DNA of 57,986 nucleotides from Desulfobacteraceae bacterium (GTDB taxonomy: Bacteria; Desulfobacterota; Desulfobacteria; Desulfobacterales; JAABSP01): NCBI GenBank assembly GCA_011390135.1, contig JAABSZ010000005.1, forward strand, positions 1 through 57,986. Direction: 5' to 3'. The notes beneath the pieces are model-generated. The model saw nothing but the letters and a program-made list of their open reading frames with translations. It was not told the origin of the DNA and ran no database searches. The translations under genes were made by a program, and so were the position numbers. Below are positions 19,652-28,167 of this stretch, in pieces. How positions within the stretch are numbered: position 1 is the first letter of the stretch; each line of letters starts with the position of its first letter.

Positions 19652-20539
19652 ATGATCGTATCCATCGGAGAAATCCTCTTTGATCGGTTTCCGAATGGAA
19701 AACGGATGGGCGGGGCCCCCTTCAATTTTGCCTTCCATACCCATGCGCTTGGGTTTGAAACCCGATTTATCAGCCGCGTGGGCAAGGAGAGCAACGGAGA
19801 GGAGATCCTCTCATTTTTAAAGGCGAATGGATTCGACGCAGAGTACATTCAGATGGATGAGGATCACAAAACCGGCGAAGTGATCGTGACCGTAAAGCCC
19901 GACGGCAGCGCATCCTTCGACATCGTCCGGGATGTGGCCTATGATCACATCACTTACTCCCCGGATCTCTCCCGGATGCTTTCCCGGGCCGATCTCATAT
20001 ATTACGGCACATTGATCCAGCGAACCGATCACGGATTCCAAAACGTCCGGAAGATGCTGGCAGATCGGGGGGAGAAGACCCGGACCCTCTACGATGTCAA
20101 CCTGCGGCCCGATTGCTATAACCGCAAGATTATCGAAGCCTCCCTGGACCAGTGCCATATCCTCAAGCTCAACGATGAGGAGCTGCCGGTCATTCGTGGG
20201 CTGCTCTCCTTTGGCCGCGGGGATGACTCGTTTATCGAACATCTTTTTGGAAATTATCCCATCGAGATGATCTGTCTCACCCGCGGCGGGGCCGGCAGCC
20301 GCCTCTATACCGAAAGCGAGAGGGTCGAGGCCGAGCCGGAAAAGGATCTGAAGATTGTGGATACGGTGGGCGCGGGCGACGCATTTACCTCGGTTCTGGC
20401 CATCGGAATTCTAAAGGGGTGGCCCCCGAAAAAGACGCTGGAGACCGCCACCCGGTTCGCCGGCAAAATCTGCAGGATTCAGGGAGCGATTCCCGAGTCA
20501 CAGGATTTCTATCGGGATTTTTCCTCCATCTTTTCATAA
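19652..20539 (+). CDS. PfkB-family carbohydrate kinase, fructokinase-like
   Basis: IVSIGEILFDRFP..GGAPFNFA at the N-terminus and DTVGAGDAFTS near the C-terminus (PfkB signatures). It lies immediately upstream of sucrose synthase. Confidence 0.85.
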   Translation: MIVSIGEILFDRFPNGKRMGGAPFNFAFHTHALGFETRFISRVGKESNGEEILSFLKANGFDAEYIQMDEDHKTGEVIVTVKPDGSASFDIVRDVAYDHITYSPDLSRMLSRADLIYYGTLIQRTDHGFQNVRKMLADRGEKTRTLYDVNLRPDCYNRKIIEASLDQCHILKLNDEELPVIRGLLSFGRGDDSFIEHLFGNYPIEMICLTRGGAGSRLYTESERVEAEPEKDLKIVDTVGAGDAFTSVLAIGILKGWPPKKTLETATRFAGKICRIQGAIPESQDFYRDFSSIFS

Positions 20540-20567
20540 TCCAAAGAACGACAAAAAAGGGTTTTTT

Positions 20568-22973
20568 ATGCAAGGTCTTTTAGAGAGCATCATCCCCAAT
20601 GATGAGAAAAGGGATTTCAAAGAGTTCATCTCCATGCTCACCCAGCAGGAGAAGAAACTACTGCTGCGAAACGATATCATACTTGCATTTGAACGATTCT
20701 GCGACTCCCAGGGCAAGGAAGAATCCTATAAAACCGCATCCGCGACCGTTCGCTTTTTGAACAAGGTACAGGATCTTTTTATCCTGGAATCCTACACCGT
20801 CATCTCCTATCGACACGCGCTGGCGCGCTATCGGCTCCTGATGCTTCGAAATGACGCGGAATATATGGAGGAGATCTCGACGGATCAGTACCTCGAGTTC
20901 AAGGATCGCTATTTCGGCGGAGGATCTGCAGAGGATCGGATGCGCCATCTGCACCTCGACTTCAAGCCCTTTTACGATTTCTCCCCCTCCATCCGGGACC
21001 CGAAGAAGCTGGGCAACGGCATCCGTTTTTTAAGCCGCTATCTCTGCAGCAACATCTTCCAGCATCCCCGGGAGTGGAAGCGCAAAAGCTTCGACTTCAT
21101 CAAGCTCCACAAGTACAACGGGACACAATTGCTTATCAACGGGGAGATCATCGAAAATTTCAGGCACTGTCTGAACGAGATCGAGAAGATGATCGCCCGC
21201 CTCGAAACCCTGCCGGCCGAAACACCTTACAAGGAGGTGGCTTCGGACATGAAAAAAGCCGGGTTCGAGCCGGGCTGGGGAAACAGTGTGGGCCGGATCG
21301 TCGAGAGCATGGAGATGCTCAAGGAACTGATCGACGAGCCCACGGATGTGATGCTGGAAAGCTTCCTCTCCCGGGTGACGCTGCCGCTGATCTCCAAGAT
21401 AGCGATCCTCTCTCCCCACGGCTGGTTCGGCCAGGAGAACGTACTGGGAAAGCCGGATACCGGGGGGCAGGTGATCTATATCCTGGATCAGGTCCGGGCT
21501 CTGGAGAAGTATCTGGAAAAGGAGATCGCCCTAACGGGCCTCGACATCAAACCCCAGATCATCGTCCTGACCCGGCTCATTCCCGATGCCGGAAACACCT
21601 CCTGCGATCAGCGAAAGGAGAAGATCCACGGCACCGAGAATGCATGGATTGTCAGAATCCCGTTTAGGGATCAAAACCAGAACGTGATCCGCCACTGGAT
21701 CTCCCGCTTCAAGATATGGCCATACCTGGAGCGGTTTGCCGGCGATGCCGAGACCGAACTGATGCACACCTTTCAGGGAAGGCCCGATCTGATCATCGGC
21801 AACTATTCGGACGGCAATCTGGTGGCCACTCTCCTTTCCGACAAGATGAATGTGATCCAATGCACCATCGCCCACGCGCTGGAGAAATCGAAATACCTTT
21901 TTTCGGACCTCTACTGGCAGGATATGGAGAGGGAGTACAACTTTTCCATTCAGTTTACAGCAGACATGCTGGCCATGAACAAGTCCGACTTCATCATCAC
22001 CAGCACCACACAGGAGATTGTGGGAACCGAATACGAGATGGGGCAGTACGAGTCCTACCAGTTCTTCACCATGCCCCAGCTCTATCAGGTGGTGAGCGGC
22101 GTCAATCTCTTCGCGCCCAAGTTCAATGTCATTCCGCCTGGTGTGGATCAGCAGATCTATTTCCCCTATACGGCTGCGGATCAGCGGATTCAGCACCAGA
22201 CCCGGAAATGGGAGGGCCGCCTCTTTACGGAGAGTTCTGATGAGATCTACGGAGAACTGGATGCGCCCGAGAAGCCGCCGATCTTCACCATGGCCCGCTT
22301 TGACAAAATCAAAAACATCACCGGGCTCATCCAAGCCTTTGGCATGAGCCGGAAACTGCGGGAGAAGTACAACCTCGTCTTTGCGGCCGGAACCATCCAT
22401 CTGGATGAATCCCAGGACGAGGAGGAGCGGGAGCAGATCCGCCAGGCCTATGCTCTGATCGACCAGTATCAGCTTCAGGGAAGCCTCCGGTGGCTGCCGA
22501 GCATTCCCAAGCTGGAGACCGGAGAGGCCTATCGTGTAATTGCAGACCGCAAAGGCTTTTTTGTCCAGCCGGCTCTTTTCGAAGCCTTCGGCCTCACCAT
22601 TCTTGAGGCGATGGCCTCGGGGCTTGTCACCTTTGCCACCCATTTCGGCGGGCCCAGGGAGATCATCCGGGATGGTCAGGACGGCTTTCTGATCAATACC
22701 AGTGAACCCCAGCTCATCGCAGCGGCCATTGAAGGATTTGCCGACCGGGAGGAGAAAAATCCCGATCTCTGGAAGGAGATTTCAGAAAAGGGCATCGAGC
22801 GGGTCCGGGAGAGCTTCACCTGGAGCCTCTACAGCGAGCGGCTCATCAATCTGGCGAAACTGTATGGATTCTGGCGGTTTAGCGTCTCGGCAGAGGGAAA
22901 GAAGAAGATGGACAGGTACTGCGAATTCATCTATCATTTTCTCTACAAAGAGCGGGCCGAACAGCTTGAATAG
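20568..22973 (+). CDS. Sucrose synthase (GT4, EC 2.4.1.13-type)
   Basis: 801 aa with long colinear blocks typical of plant and cyanobacterial SuS: ILSPHGWFGQENVLGKPDTGGQVIYILDQVRALE, WISRFKIWPYLE, PDLIIGNYSDGNLVATLL, CTIAHALEKSKY, QFTADMLAMNKSDFIITST, FTMARFDKIKNITGL, QPALFEAFGLTILEAMASGL.TFAT..GGP.EII. Confidence 0.93.
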   Translation: MQGLLESIIPNDEKRDFKEFISMLTQQEKKLLLRNDIILAFERFCDSQGKEESYKTASATVRFLNKVQDLFILESYTVISYRHALARYRLLMLRNDAEYMEEISTDQYLEFKDRYFGGGSAEDRMRHLHLDFKPFYDFSPSIRDPKKLGNGIRFLSRYLCSNIFQHPREWKRKSFDFIKLHKYNGTQLLINGEIIENFRHCLNEIEKMIARLETLPAETPYKEVASDMKKAGFEPGWGNSVGRIVESMEMLKELIDEPTDVMLESFLSRVTLPLISKIAILSPHGWFGQENVLGKPDTGGQVIYILDQVRALEKYLEKEIALTGLDIKPQIIVLTRLIPDAGNTSCDQRKEKIHGTENAWIVRIPFRDQNQNVIRHWISRFKIWPYLERFAGDAETELMHTFQGRPDLIIGNYSDGNLVATLLSDKMNVIQCTIAHALEKSKYLFSDLYWQDMEREYNFSIQFTADMLAMNKSDFIITSTTQEIVGTEYEMGQYESYQFFTMPQLYQVVSGVNLFAPKFNVIPPGVDQQIYFPYTAADQRIQHQTRKWEGRLFTESSDEIYGELDAPEKPPIFTMARFDKIKNITGLIQAFGMSRKLREKYNLVFAAGTIHLDESQDEEEREQIRQAYALIDQYQLQGSLRWLPSIPKLETGEAYRVIADRKGFFVQPALFEAFGLTILEAMASGLVTFATHFGGPREIIRDGQDGFLINTSEPQLIAAAIEGFADREEKNPDLWKEISEKGIERVRESFTWSLYSERLINLAKLYGFWRFSVSAEGKKKMDRYCEFIYHFLYKERAEQLE

Positions 22974-23153
22974 ATCTGAATATTAGTGAACAGAATGGGG
23001 TCTCCACTCTTCTAAAATAGGGTCTTTACCCAATTTCAAAAGAGGCTCTTTATGCCTTATGATAGGATTGCATTTTCAGGCTTTTTCCTTTTTGAATCCT
23101 ATTCGGGGAAAATGGGAAATGGCTTGAAACAGACCCGACGGACAGGAGGAATC

Positions 23154-23348
23154 ATGTTAAAAGAGAATACCGAAGAGAAGCAAAATCAGAAGAAGCGAGA
23201 CCAAGAGGTCACCGATAAGGCCGACAAGAAATCGACCGAAGGGATCGACTACTGCATCAACCCCGGAAACCCCGAAGCGATCCGGAACGACCAGGATGAG
23301 GAAGCCTGCGACCAGGGGCGGGGGGGAACATTTGACGAAAAGCTATAA
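23154..23348 (+). CDS. Small highly charged protein (64 aa), unknown function
   Basis: AGGAGG lies 5 nt upstream of the ATG at 23154 and the start is in frame with track ORF 23052..23348. No family recognised. Confidence 0.5.
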   Translation: MLKENTEEKQNQKKRDQEVTDKADKKSTEGIDYCINPGNPEAIRNDQDEEACDQGRGGTFDEKL

Positions 23349-23380
23349 GCCGTTTCAACCCAAACCATGAGGAGGACCCG

Positions 23381-23608
23381 ATGAACAGCCCACAGAAGAC
23401 CATCGTAACCCGGGAGCTGATGAGCAGCATGAATGAAGGGTGTGCCGCCTGTGGAAAGCCGTTTGAAATGGGCGAGACCGTTGTCATGGCCTGCGGCGCA
23501 TGGGGGGATAATCCCAAGTTCGTTCATGAGAAAGAGGCTGTCTATGATAAGGGTCAGGGCCGGTATGTGGAGCAGGGATGCCATGAGGCCGGCCGGGGCG
23601 GAATCTGA
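23381..23608 (+). CDS. Small Cys-containing protein (75 aa), unknown function
   Basis: GAGGAGG RBS upstream. Contains a CAACG..MACG.. motif. It is co-directional with the flanking genes. Confidence 0.6.
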   Translation: MNSPQKTIVTRELMSSMNEGCAACGKPFEMGETVVMACGAWGDNPKFVHEKEAVYDKGQGRYVEQGCHEAGRGGI

Positions 23609-23619
23609 TTCCGCCGGCC

Positions 23620-24588
23620 ATGCCATTTCCACCTGATGCATTTCCATCCGGCAGGCTTCTGCTGGAGACCGATCAGATCGACTGTTATGACAGTTCCGGC
23701 CTTCCCGTCCCCTGTCCGGGGACGGGTCAGGACGGTGAAACAAAAAGGCAGGATCAGAAGAGCCCGGAGAAAAGCTCCCGTTTTAGACCGGCCGGCCAGG
23801 CCGTTCTGGATCGACACACGGGCCTGATCTGGAGCCGAAATGCTTCGCCGGCCGAATTTCCCCTCTCATGGAGCGAATCCTTTGCCTATATCGAAGAGAT
23901 GAACCGCTCGGAAGCATCCGATTTGGAAGCATCCGATTATGAGGACTGGCGTCTTCCCACCCGGCCGGAACTCTTCTCCTTGGTCAGCCACAGTTGTATC
24001 AATCCCAGCCTTCGGCTCGATCATCCCTTTGAAGAGGTCTTCACCGGATACTACTGGACCGCAACGTCCTGTGCGAGATTGCCGGATCAGGCCTGGTATG
24101 TCCATTTCGGCGGCGGGAGGGTCTTCAAGGGAATGAAGCACGGCTCCTATATGCTCTGGCCCGTGCGGGGAAAAGGCTTTCCCTCTCGGGAGATCTCCTT
24201 TCGATTTACGATTTCGGAAAATGAAGATACCGCGGCCGATCAGTATACGGGGCTGGTCTGGGCAAGGGATGGGGATCTTGCAAAGGGCGAAGTCGATTGG
24301 CAGGATGCCCTCGATTATGTCTTGGAGATGAACCGGCAAAACGCGATGGGCCATTCGGACTGGCGACTGCCCAACATCCGGGAGATGGAGAGCATCACCG
24401 ATCTTCGATACCATTCCCCGGCCATCTCCGAAGGCCATCCATTCCAAAATGTCCGGGAGGATTACTGGTCATCCACCACAAGCTTCTACGATCCCGCGTA
24501 TGCATGGGTTATCTATCTGAGAGACGGCCCCGTTGGCGTGGGATACAAGCCGAATGCGCAGTTTCATCTCTGGCCCGTGCGGGGATAG
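23620..24588 (+). CDS. DUF1566 (Lcl C-terminal/lectin-like) domain protein, two domain copies
   Basis: TDQIDCYDSSGLPVPCPGTGQDG N-terminal motif. Two copies of DWRLP...E(L/M)..(L/I).. ..YW(T/S).T......AW.V......V......K......LWPVRG. Confidence 0.8.
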   Translation: MPFPPDAFPSGRLLLETDQIDCYDSSGLPVPCPGTGQDGETKRQDQKSPEKSSRFRPAGQAVLDRHTGLIWSRNASPAEFPLSWSESFAYIEEMNRSEASDLEASDYEDWRLPTRPELFSLVSHSCINPSLRLDHPFEEVFTGYYWTATSCARLPDQAWYVHFGGGRVFKGMKHGSYMLWPVRGKGFPSREISFRFTISENEDTAADQYTGLVWARDGDLAKGEVDWQDALDYVLEMNRQNAMGHSDWRLPNIREMESITDLRYHSPAISEGHPFQNVREDYWSSTTSFYDPAYAWVIYLRDGPVGVGYKPNAQFHLWPVRG

Positions 24589-24609
24589 ATTGAGAGCAAA
24601 ATGGAGGCA

Positions 24610-24647
24610 AAGGGACATAAAGGACAAAAAGGACGTAAAGGACCGAA
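24610..24647 (+). repeat. Four tandem ~9-bp units, (a/t)AAAGGAC(n)
   Basis: aaagggacat/aaaggacaa/aaaggacgt/aaaggaccg begins 22 nt after the DUF1566 stop. Further GGA motifs occur at 24603 and 24672. Confidence 0.8.
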
Positions 24648-24997
24648 TAAACGTCAGAGGCAAAAGCGTCCGGAAGGTATGCGCTGTAGATCAGTTCAAA
24701 AGTATAAACAGGTTTTATCTGTTTAAATGTTAGTCGCTTATAGAACAATTTCTGTTTTTGAACTCACCGGATTCAAAATTTTGAACCATAGGGTTGCCGA
24801 TTTAACCATTTGATATTTGATATTTAAAATCCGATGCGGCCATTTCCCGTTAAAATTAATGAACTATTCCCCTTCTCAGTTTCAGGATATTTCCAGAAAA
24901 TGGGAGGGCATCTGCAACGATTAAAATTCATTAACTCATTTATATCTTTAGCATATACCATCTATCCCGCAAATAATTTCCATCTGCAGAGAATAAC

Positions 24998-25013
24998 TGG
25001 CAAGGCTCTTGCA
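24998..25013 (+). promoter_or_regulatory. Sigma-54 (-24/-12) promoter
   Basis: TGGCAAGGCTCTTGCA against the consensus TGGCACG-N4-TTGCW: correct GG/GC spacing with one mismatch. It lies in an AT-rich intergenic island next to a sigma-54 enhancer-binding protein gene. Confidence 0.6.
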
Positions 25014-25023
25014 TATTGTAAGA

Positions 25024-25097
25024 GCAGACCTAATAATTTCTTCATCTTTTTTCCTTCTTTTTAAGGCCAGTCGGAGCGGTTCCGGCTGGCCTTAAAT
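25024..25097 (+). ncRNA. Candidate sigma-54-dependent small RNA (~75 nt)
   Basis: The region between the predicted TSS (~12 nt after the -12 GC) and the strong hairpin at 25063..25093 has no ORF or RBS. It contains a CU-rich stretch (uucuucaucuuuuuuccuucuuuuu). This is purely predicted. Confidence 0.35.
25063..25093. terminator. Hairpin shared by the candidate sRNA (+) and the convergent regulator gene (-)
   Basis: AAGGCCAGTCGG-agcggtt-CCGGCTGGCCTT, a 12-bp stem with one G-U pair. It lies 9 nt beyond the regulator stop codon. The U-tracts are weak (UUAAAUGAUUU on +, UUAAAAAG on -). Confidence 0.5.
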
Positions 25098-25101
25098 GAT
25101 T

Positions 25102-26496
25102 TCAGGCCTTAAATTCCTCCTTGTGGAGATCGTACCGGAGCATCAGCTTGTGGAGCTGTCGGGTGCTGATCCCGGCCTCCTGCGCGGATTTATTGACCCT
25201 TCCCCGGTTCCGGGCCAGAACATCCTTCAGATACTGCCGCTCAAAGGCTTCGACCGCGATCCGCCGGGCCTCGGAGAGAGGGAGATCCGAATCTACCGGC
25301 AGCACAGCCCTTCCCGATTCCCCCTCGAAGATCTCGGCCGGAAAGCTGTCCGGCGTCAGCACCGTATCATCCTCCAGAATACAGGCCCGCTCCAGCAGAT
25401 TCTCCAGCTCCCGGATGTTGCCGGGCCAGGAATACTGGCGCATGGCCTCCATCACATCAGGATGGACTCCTTTGAATTTCTTCCGGAATTTTGCCTTCAT
25501 CTTGTTGAGGAGCACATCGAGGAGAAAGGGGAGATCCTCGATCCGGTCCCGCAACGGCGGAAGTTCAATGGGAAAAATGTTGAGCCTGTAATAGAGATCC
25601 TTCCGGAAGAGCCCCTCCCGACTCATCTCCTTGAGATCGGTATTGGTGGCCGCGATGATCCTCGCATCGGTCTCGATGGGCTCATCTCCGCCCACCCGGT
25701 AGAAGATGCTGTCCTGGAGCACCTGGAGGAGTTTGATCTGGGCCGACGGCGGAACCGTTCCGATCTCGTCCAGGAAAATGGTCCCGCTTTTGGCGATCTC
25801 AAATTTGCCCGGCTTTCTCCGGATCGCGCCCGTAAAAGCCCCCTTTTCATGGCCGAAGAGTTCGCTCTCCAGAAGGGTCTCGGGAACTGCGCCGCAGTGG
25901 ACGCTGATGAACTGTGCATTCTCCCGACGGCTGTGACGATGGATCAGCCGGGCCATCACCCCTTTGCCGGTTCCGGTCTCGCCGACAAGAAGCACCGTGC
26001 TGTCGGTAGGCGCTACGGACCGGATCTTCTCAAAGACCTTCTGCATGGCTCGGTTCCGGGTATGCACCACATCATCCGCGTCCGACTTCCAGAAATGATC
26101 CCGGAGATAGTCGAGTTCCGAGCGGAGGATATGGTTGGCCATGACGCTTTCAGAGACATGGGAGATCTCGTCCGGCTGCAGGGGGTAGAGGAGATAGCCG
26201 CTCGCACCGGCATTTACCGTCATCAGCGCATCTTTGGTCTTGTCCCTCGGCGCCATCACGATGATCCGCAGTGTGGGATAGAGATCCAAAAAGGGCTGGA
26301 TCGCCTTCCCGTGCTGATGGCTCTCCCGCAGACAGGCTTCGATATCCACGAAAAGCAGATCGAACCTCCGCTTATGAAGGATCTCCAGTGCATTCTCGAT
26401 ATTCTGGGCATGGGCTATACGATCCTTTTTGGCAAAAGCGGATCGCAGGGTCCCAAAGGCCTCATCTTTATCTGAAATGATCAGAACAGACTTCAT
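25102..26496 (-). CDS. Sigma-54-dependent response regulator (REC + AAA+ + Fis-type HTH; NtrC family)
   Basis: REC domain (VLIISDKDE..DLLFVDIE). AAA+ domain with GETGTGKG, ESELFGHEKGAFTGA (GAFTGA loop) and GTIFLDEI. C-terminal HTH AQEAGISTRQLHKLM. No cognate kinase is adjacent. Confidence 0.93.
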   Translation of the reverse strand: MKSVLIISDKDEAFGTLRSAFAKKDRIAHAQNIENALEILHKRRFDLLFVDIEACLRESHQHGKAIQPFLDLYPTLRIIVMAPRDKTKDALMTVNAGASGYLLYPLQPDEISHVSESVMANHILRSELDYLRDHFWKSDADDVVHTRNRAMQKVFEKIRSVAPTDSTVLLVGETGTGKGVMARLIHRHSRRENAQFISVHCGAVPETLLESELFGHEKGAFTGAIRRKPGKFEIAKSGTIFLDEIGTVPPSAQIKLLQVLQDSIFYRVGGDEPIETDARIIAATNTDLKEMSREGLFRKDLYYRLNIFPIELPPLRDRIEDLPFLLDVLLNKMKAKFRKKFKGVHPDVMEAMRQYSWPGNIRELENLLERACILEDDTVLTPDSFPAEIFEGESGRAVLPVDSDLPLSEARRIAVEAFERQYLKDVLARNRGRVNKSAQEAGISTRQLHKLMLRYDLHKEEFKA

Positions 26497-26694
26497 TCAA
26501 CCTCTCAAATCATTATAAAAAACTCTCTGGCTTCTATACCAACTTGCCGCTCTGGGCAAGTCTTAAAATCCAAATCCCATGGGGGCTGTCATCTTTTGCC
26601 TTTCCATGATAGAGTCTGTACCGGAAAGCGTAGATCAGAACAGGCCCCCTTTTCAAACTAAAATTAAACAGAAACGAAAGAAATCAAAATAAAG

Positions 26695-28089
26695 ATGAGC
26701 ATTAAAAAAGGACAGGAGATCGAACTGGCGGTAACAGAGATCGCATTCGGCGGCAGAGGGATCGCCAAAATCGACGGATACACCCTGTTTGTGGATGGCG
26801 CGGTGCCCGGAGACCGGGTGAAGGCAAGGATTTTTAAAAAAAAGAAGAACTATGCCGAGGCCCGGACTCAGGAGATTCTGACACCTTCCCCGGACCGAAT
26901 TCAACCGCCCTGCCCCTACAGCGGCTATTGCGGAGGCTGCAAATGGCAGTTTTTGGACTATGACCGTCAGATCGAATACAAGCGGCGTCATGTGGCCGAA
27001 TCATTAGAGCATATCGCGCTGCTGAAGGGGGTGACGGTGCATGAGACCCTGCCGTCGGAGAGGATCTTCGAATACCGGAACAAGATGGAGTTCTCCTGCT
27101 CGGACCGGCGGTGGCTGCTGCCGTCGGAGATGGGAGAGGAGGGGCTGGAAACGGACTTTGCACTGGGGCTGCATGTGCCCGGAACCTTTCACAAGGTCAT
27201 CGACACCAAGCGCTGTCTCCTCCATCCGGCGCTGGGCAATCTCATCATGGAGGATGTGCGGGCATTCATGAAGAATTCAGGCGCACCGCCCTACGGTCTG
27301 AAGAGCCAGGAGGGGTTCTGGCGGTTTCTGATGCTGCGCCATTCGGCTGCCGGGGATCAGTGGATGGTCAACCTGATTACTTCAGCGGAAAACCGGGAGC
27401 TGCTCAGACCTTTGGCGGATATGCTCATGGAGAAATATCCCCAGGTGGTATCAGTGGTGAACAATATCACCGCCAGAAAGGCCGGGATCGCGGTGGGGGA
27501 GTATGAGATTCAACTGGCCGGCGCGCCCGTTCTGACGGATAAGATCGGCCCCTACACCTTCGAGATCTCGGCAAACTCCTTTTTCCAGACTAACAGCCGC
27601 GGGGCCCAAAAGCTCTACGCCTGCGTGCGGGAATATGCGGGGCTGACCGGGGTGGAGACGGTCTTCGATCTCTACTGCGGAACCGGAACCATCGGCATCA
27701 CCCTGTCGGACATGGCCGCATCGGTGGTCGGCATGGAGATCGTTGAGAGTGCGGTGGCCGACGCGGAGAAGAACTGCCGGATCAACGGGACCGAAAACTG
27801 CCGGTATGTCCTCGGAGACATCCGGGCAAACCTCAAAGAGATGGATACCGCGCCCGATGTGATGATCATCGACCCGCCCAGAGACGGAATGCACAAGGAT
27901 GTGGTCAAAGGGGTGATGGAGGCGGAACCCGGGAGGATCGTCTATGTCTCCTGCAATCCCTCGACTCTGGCAAGGGATCTTTTGACTTTAAAGGAGATGT
28001 ACGAGGTCATGGAGGTGCAGCCGGTGGATATGTTCCCCCATACCTTTCACATCGAGTCGGTGGCGCGTCTAGTTCGGAAGATCGGATAA
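26695..28089 (+). CDS. rlmD: 23S rRNA (uracil-5-)-methyltransferase RlmD/RumA family (TRAM + [4Fe-4S] + SAM MTase)
   Basis: TRAM-like N-terminus (GGRGIAKIDGYTLFVDGAVPGD), Cys cluster CPYSGYCGGCKWQ, FFQTN, DLYCGTGTIG and YVSCNP. Confidence 0.85.
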   Translation: MSIKKGQEIELAVTEIAFGGRGIAKIDGYTLFVDGAVPGDRVKARIFKKKKNYAEARTQEILTPSPDRIQPPCPYSGYCGGCKWQFLDYDRQIEYKRRHVAESLEHIALLKGVTVHETLPSERIFEYRNKMEFSCSDRRWLLPSEMGEEGLETDFALGLHVPGTFHKVIDTKRCLLHPALGNLIMEDVRAFMKNSGAPPYGLKSQEGFWRFLMLRHSAAGDQWMVNLITSAENRELLRPLADMLMEKYPQVVSVVNNITARKAGIAVGEYEIQLAGAPVLTDKIGPYTFEISANSFFQTNSRGAQKLYACVREYAGLTGVETVFDLYCGTGTIGITLSDMAASVVGMEIVESAVADAEKNCRINGTENCRYVLGDIRANLKEMDTAPDVMIIDPPRDGMHKDVVKGVMEAEPGRIVYVSCNPSTLARDLLTLKEMYEVMEVQPVDMFPHTFHIESVARLVRKIG

Positions 28090-28167
28090 AATCCTAGTGG
28101 ATCTTCTTCACCCCTTCATCAGGATCTCCTGAAGCCGATCTCGATCGGCGCAGACAGGATCGAGAAT

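Noticed and set aside
23620-24588. Possible diversity-generating-retroelement target. DUF1566/lectin-fold proteins are known DGR targets, and the two domain ends share an 18-nt identity (ctctggcccgtgcgggga).
   Set aside because: Apart from those 18 nt the two domain copies are divergent. There is no ~100-bp template/variable repeat pair with A-specific differences, and no reverse transcriptase gene occurs anywhere in the window.
24601-24726. 41-codon Lys/Gly/Arg-rich ORF (MEAKGHKGQKGRKGPNKRQRQKRPEG..) spanning the 9-bp repeat.
   Set aside because: The composition is a by-product of translating the AAAGGAC repeat. There is no convincing RBS. I treat it as a non-coding repeat (see finding).
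25096-26475. 459-aa + strand ORF.
   Set aside because: It is fully antisense to the sigma-54 response-regulator gene, whose REC, AAA+ and HTH motifs are unambiguous. This is a typical GC-rich shadow ORF. The same reasoning rejects 1301..1957, 6105..7391, 12871..13848, 13948..14694, 21531..22643, 33569..34792, 36326..37189, 36934..37851, 39563..40249, 41463..42353, 48165..48923, 50312..51756, 54529..55269, 55339..56604 and 56902..57672.
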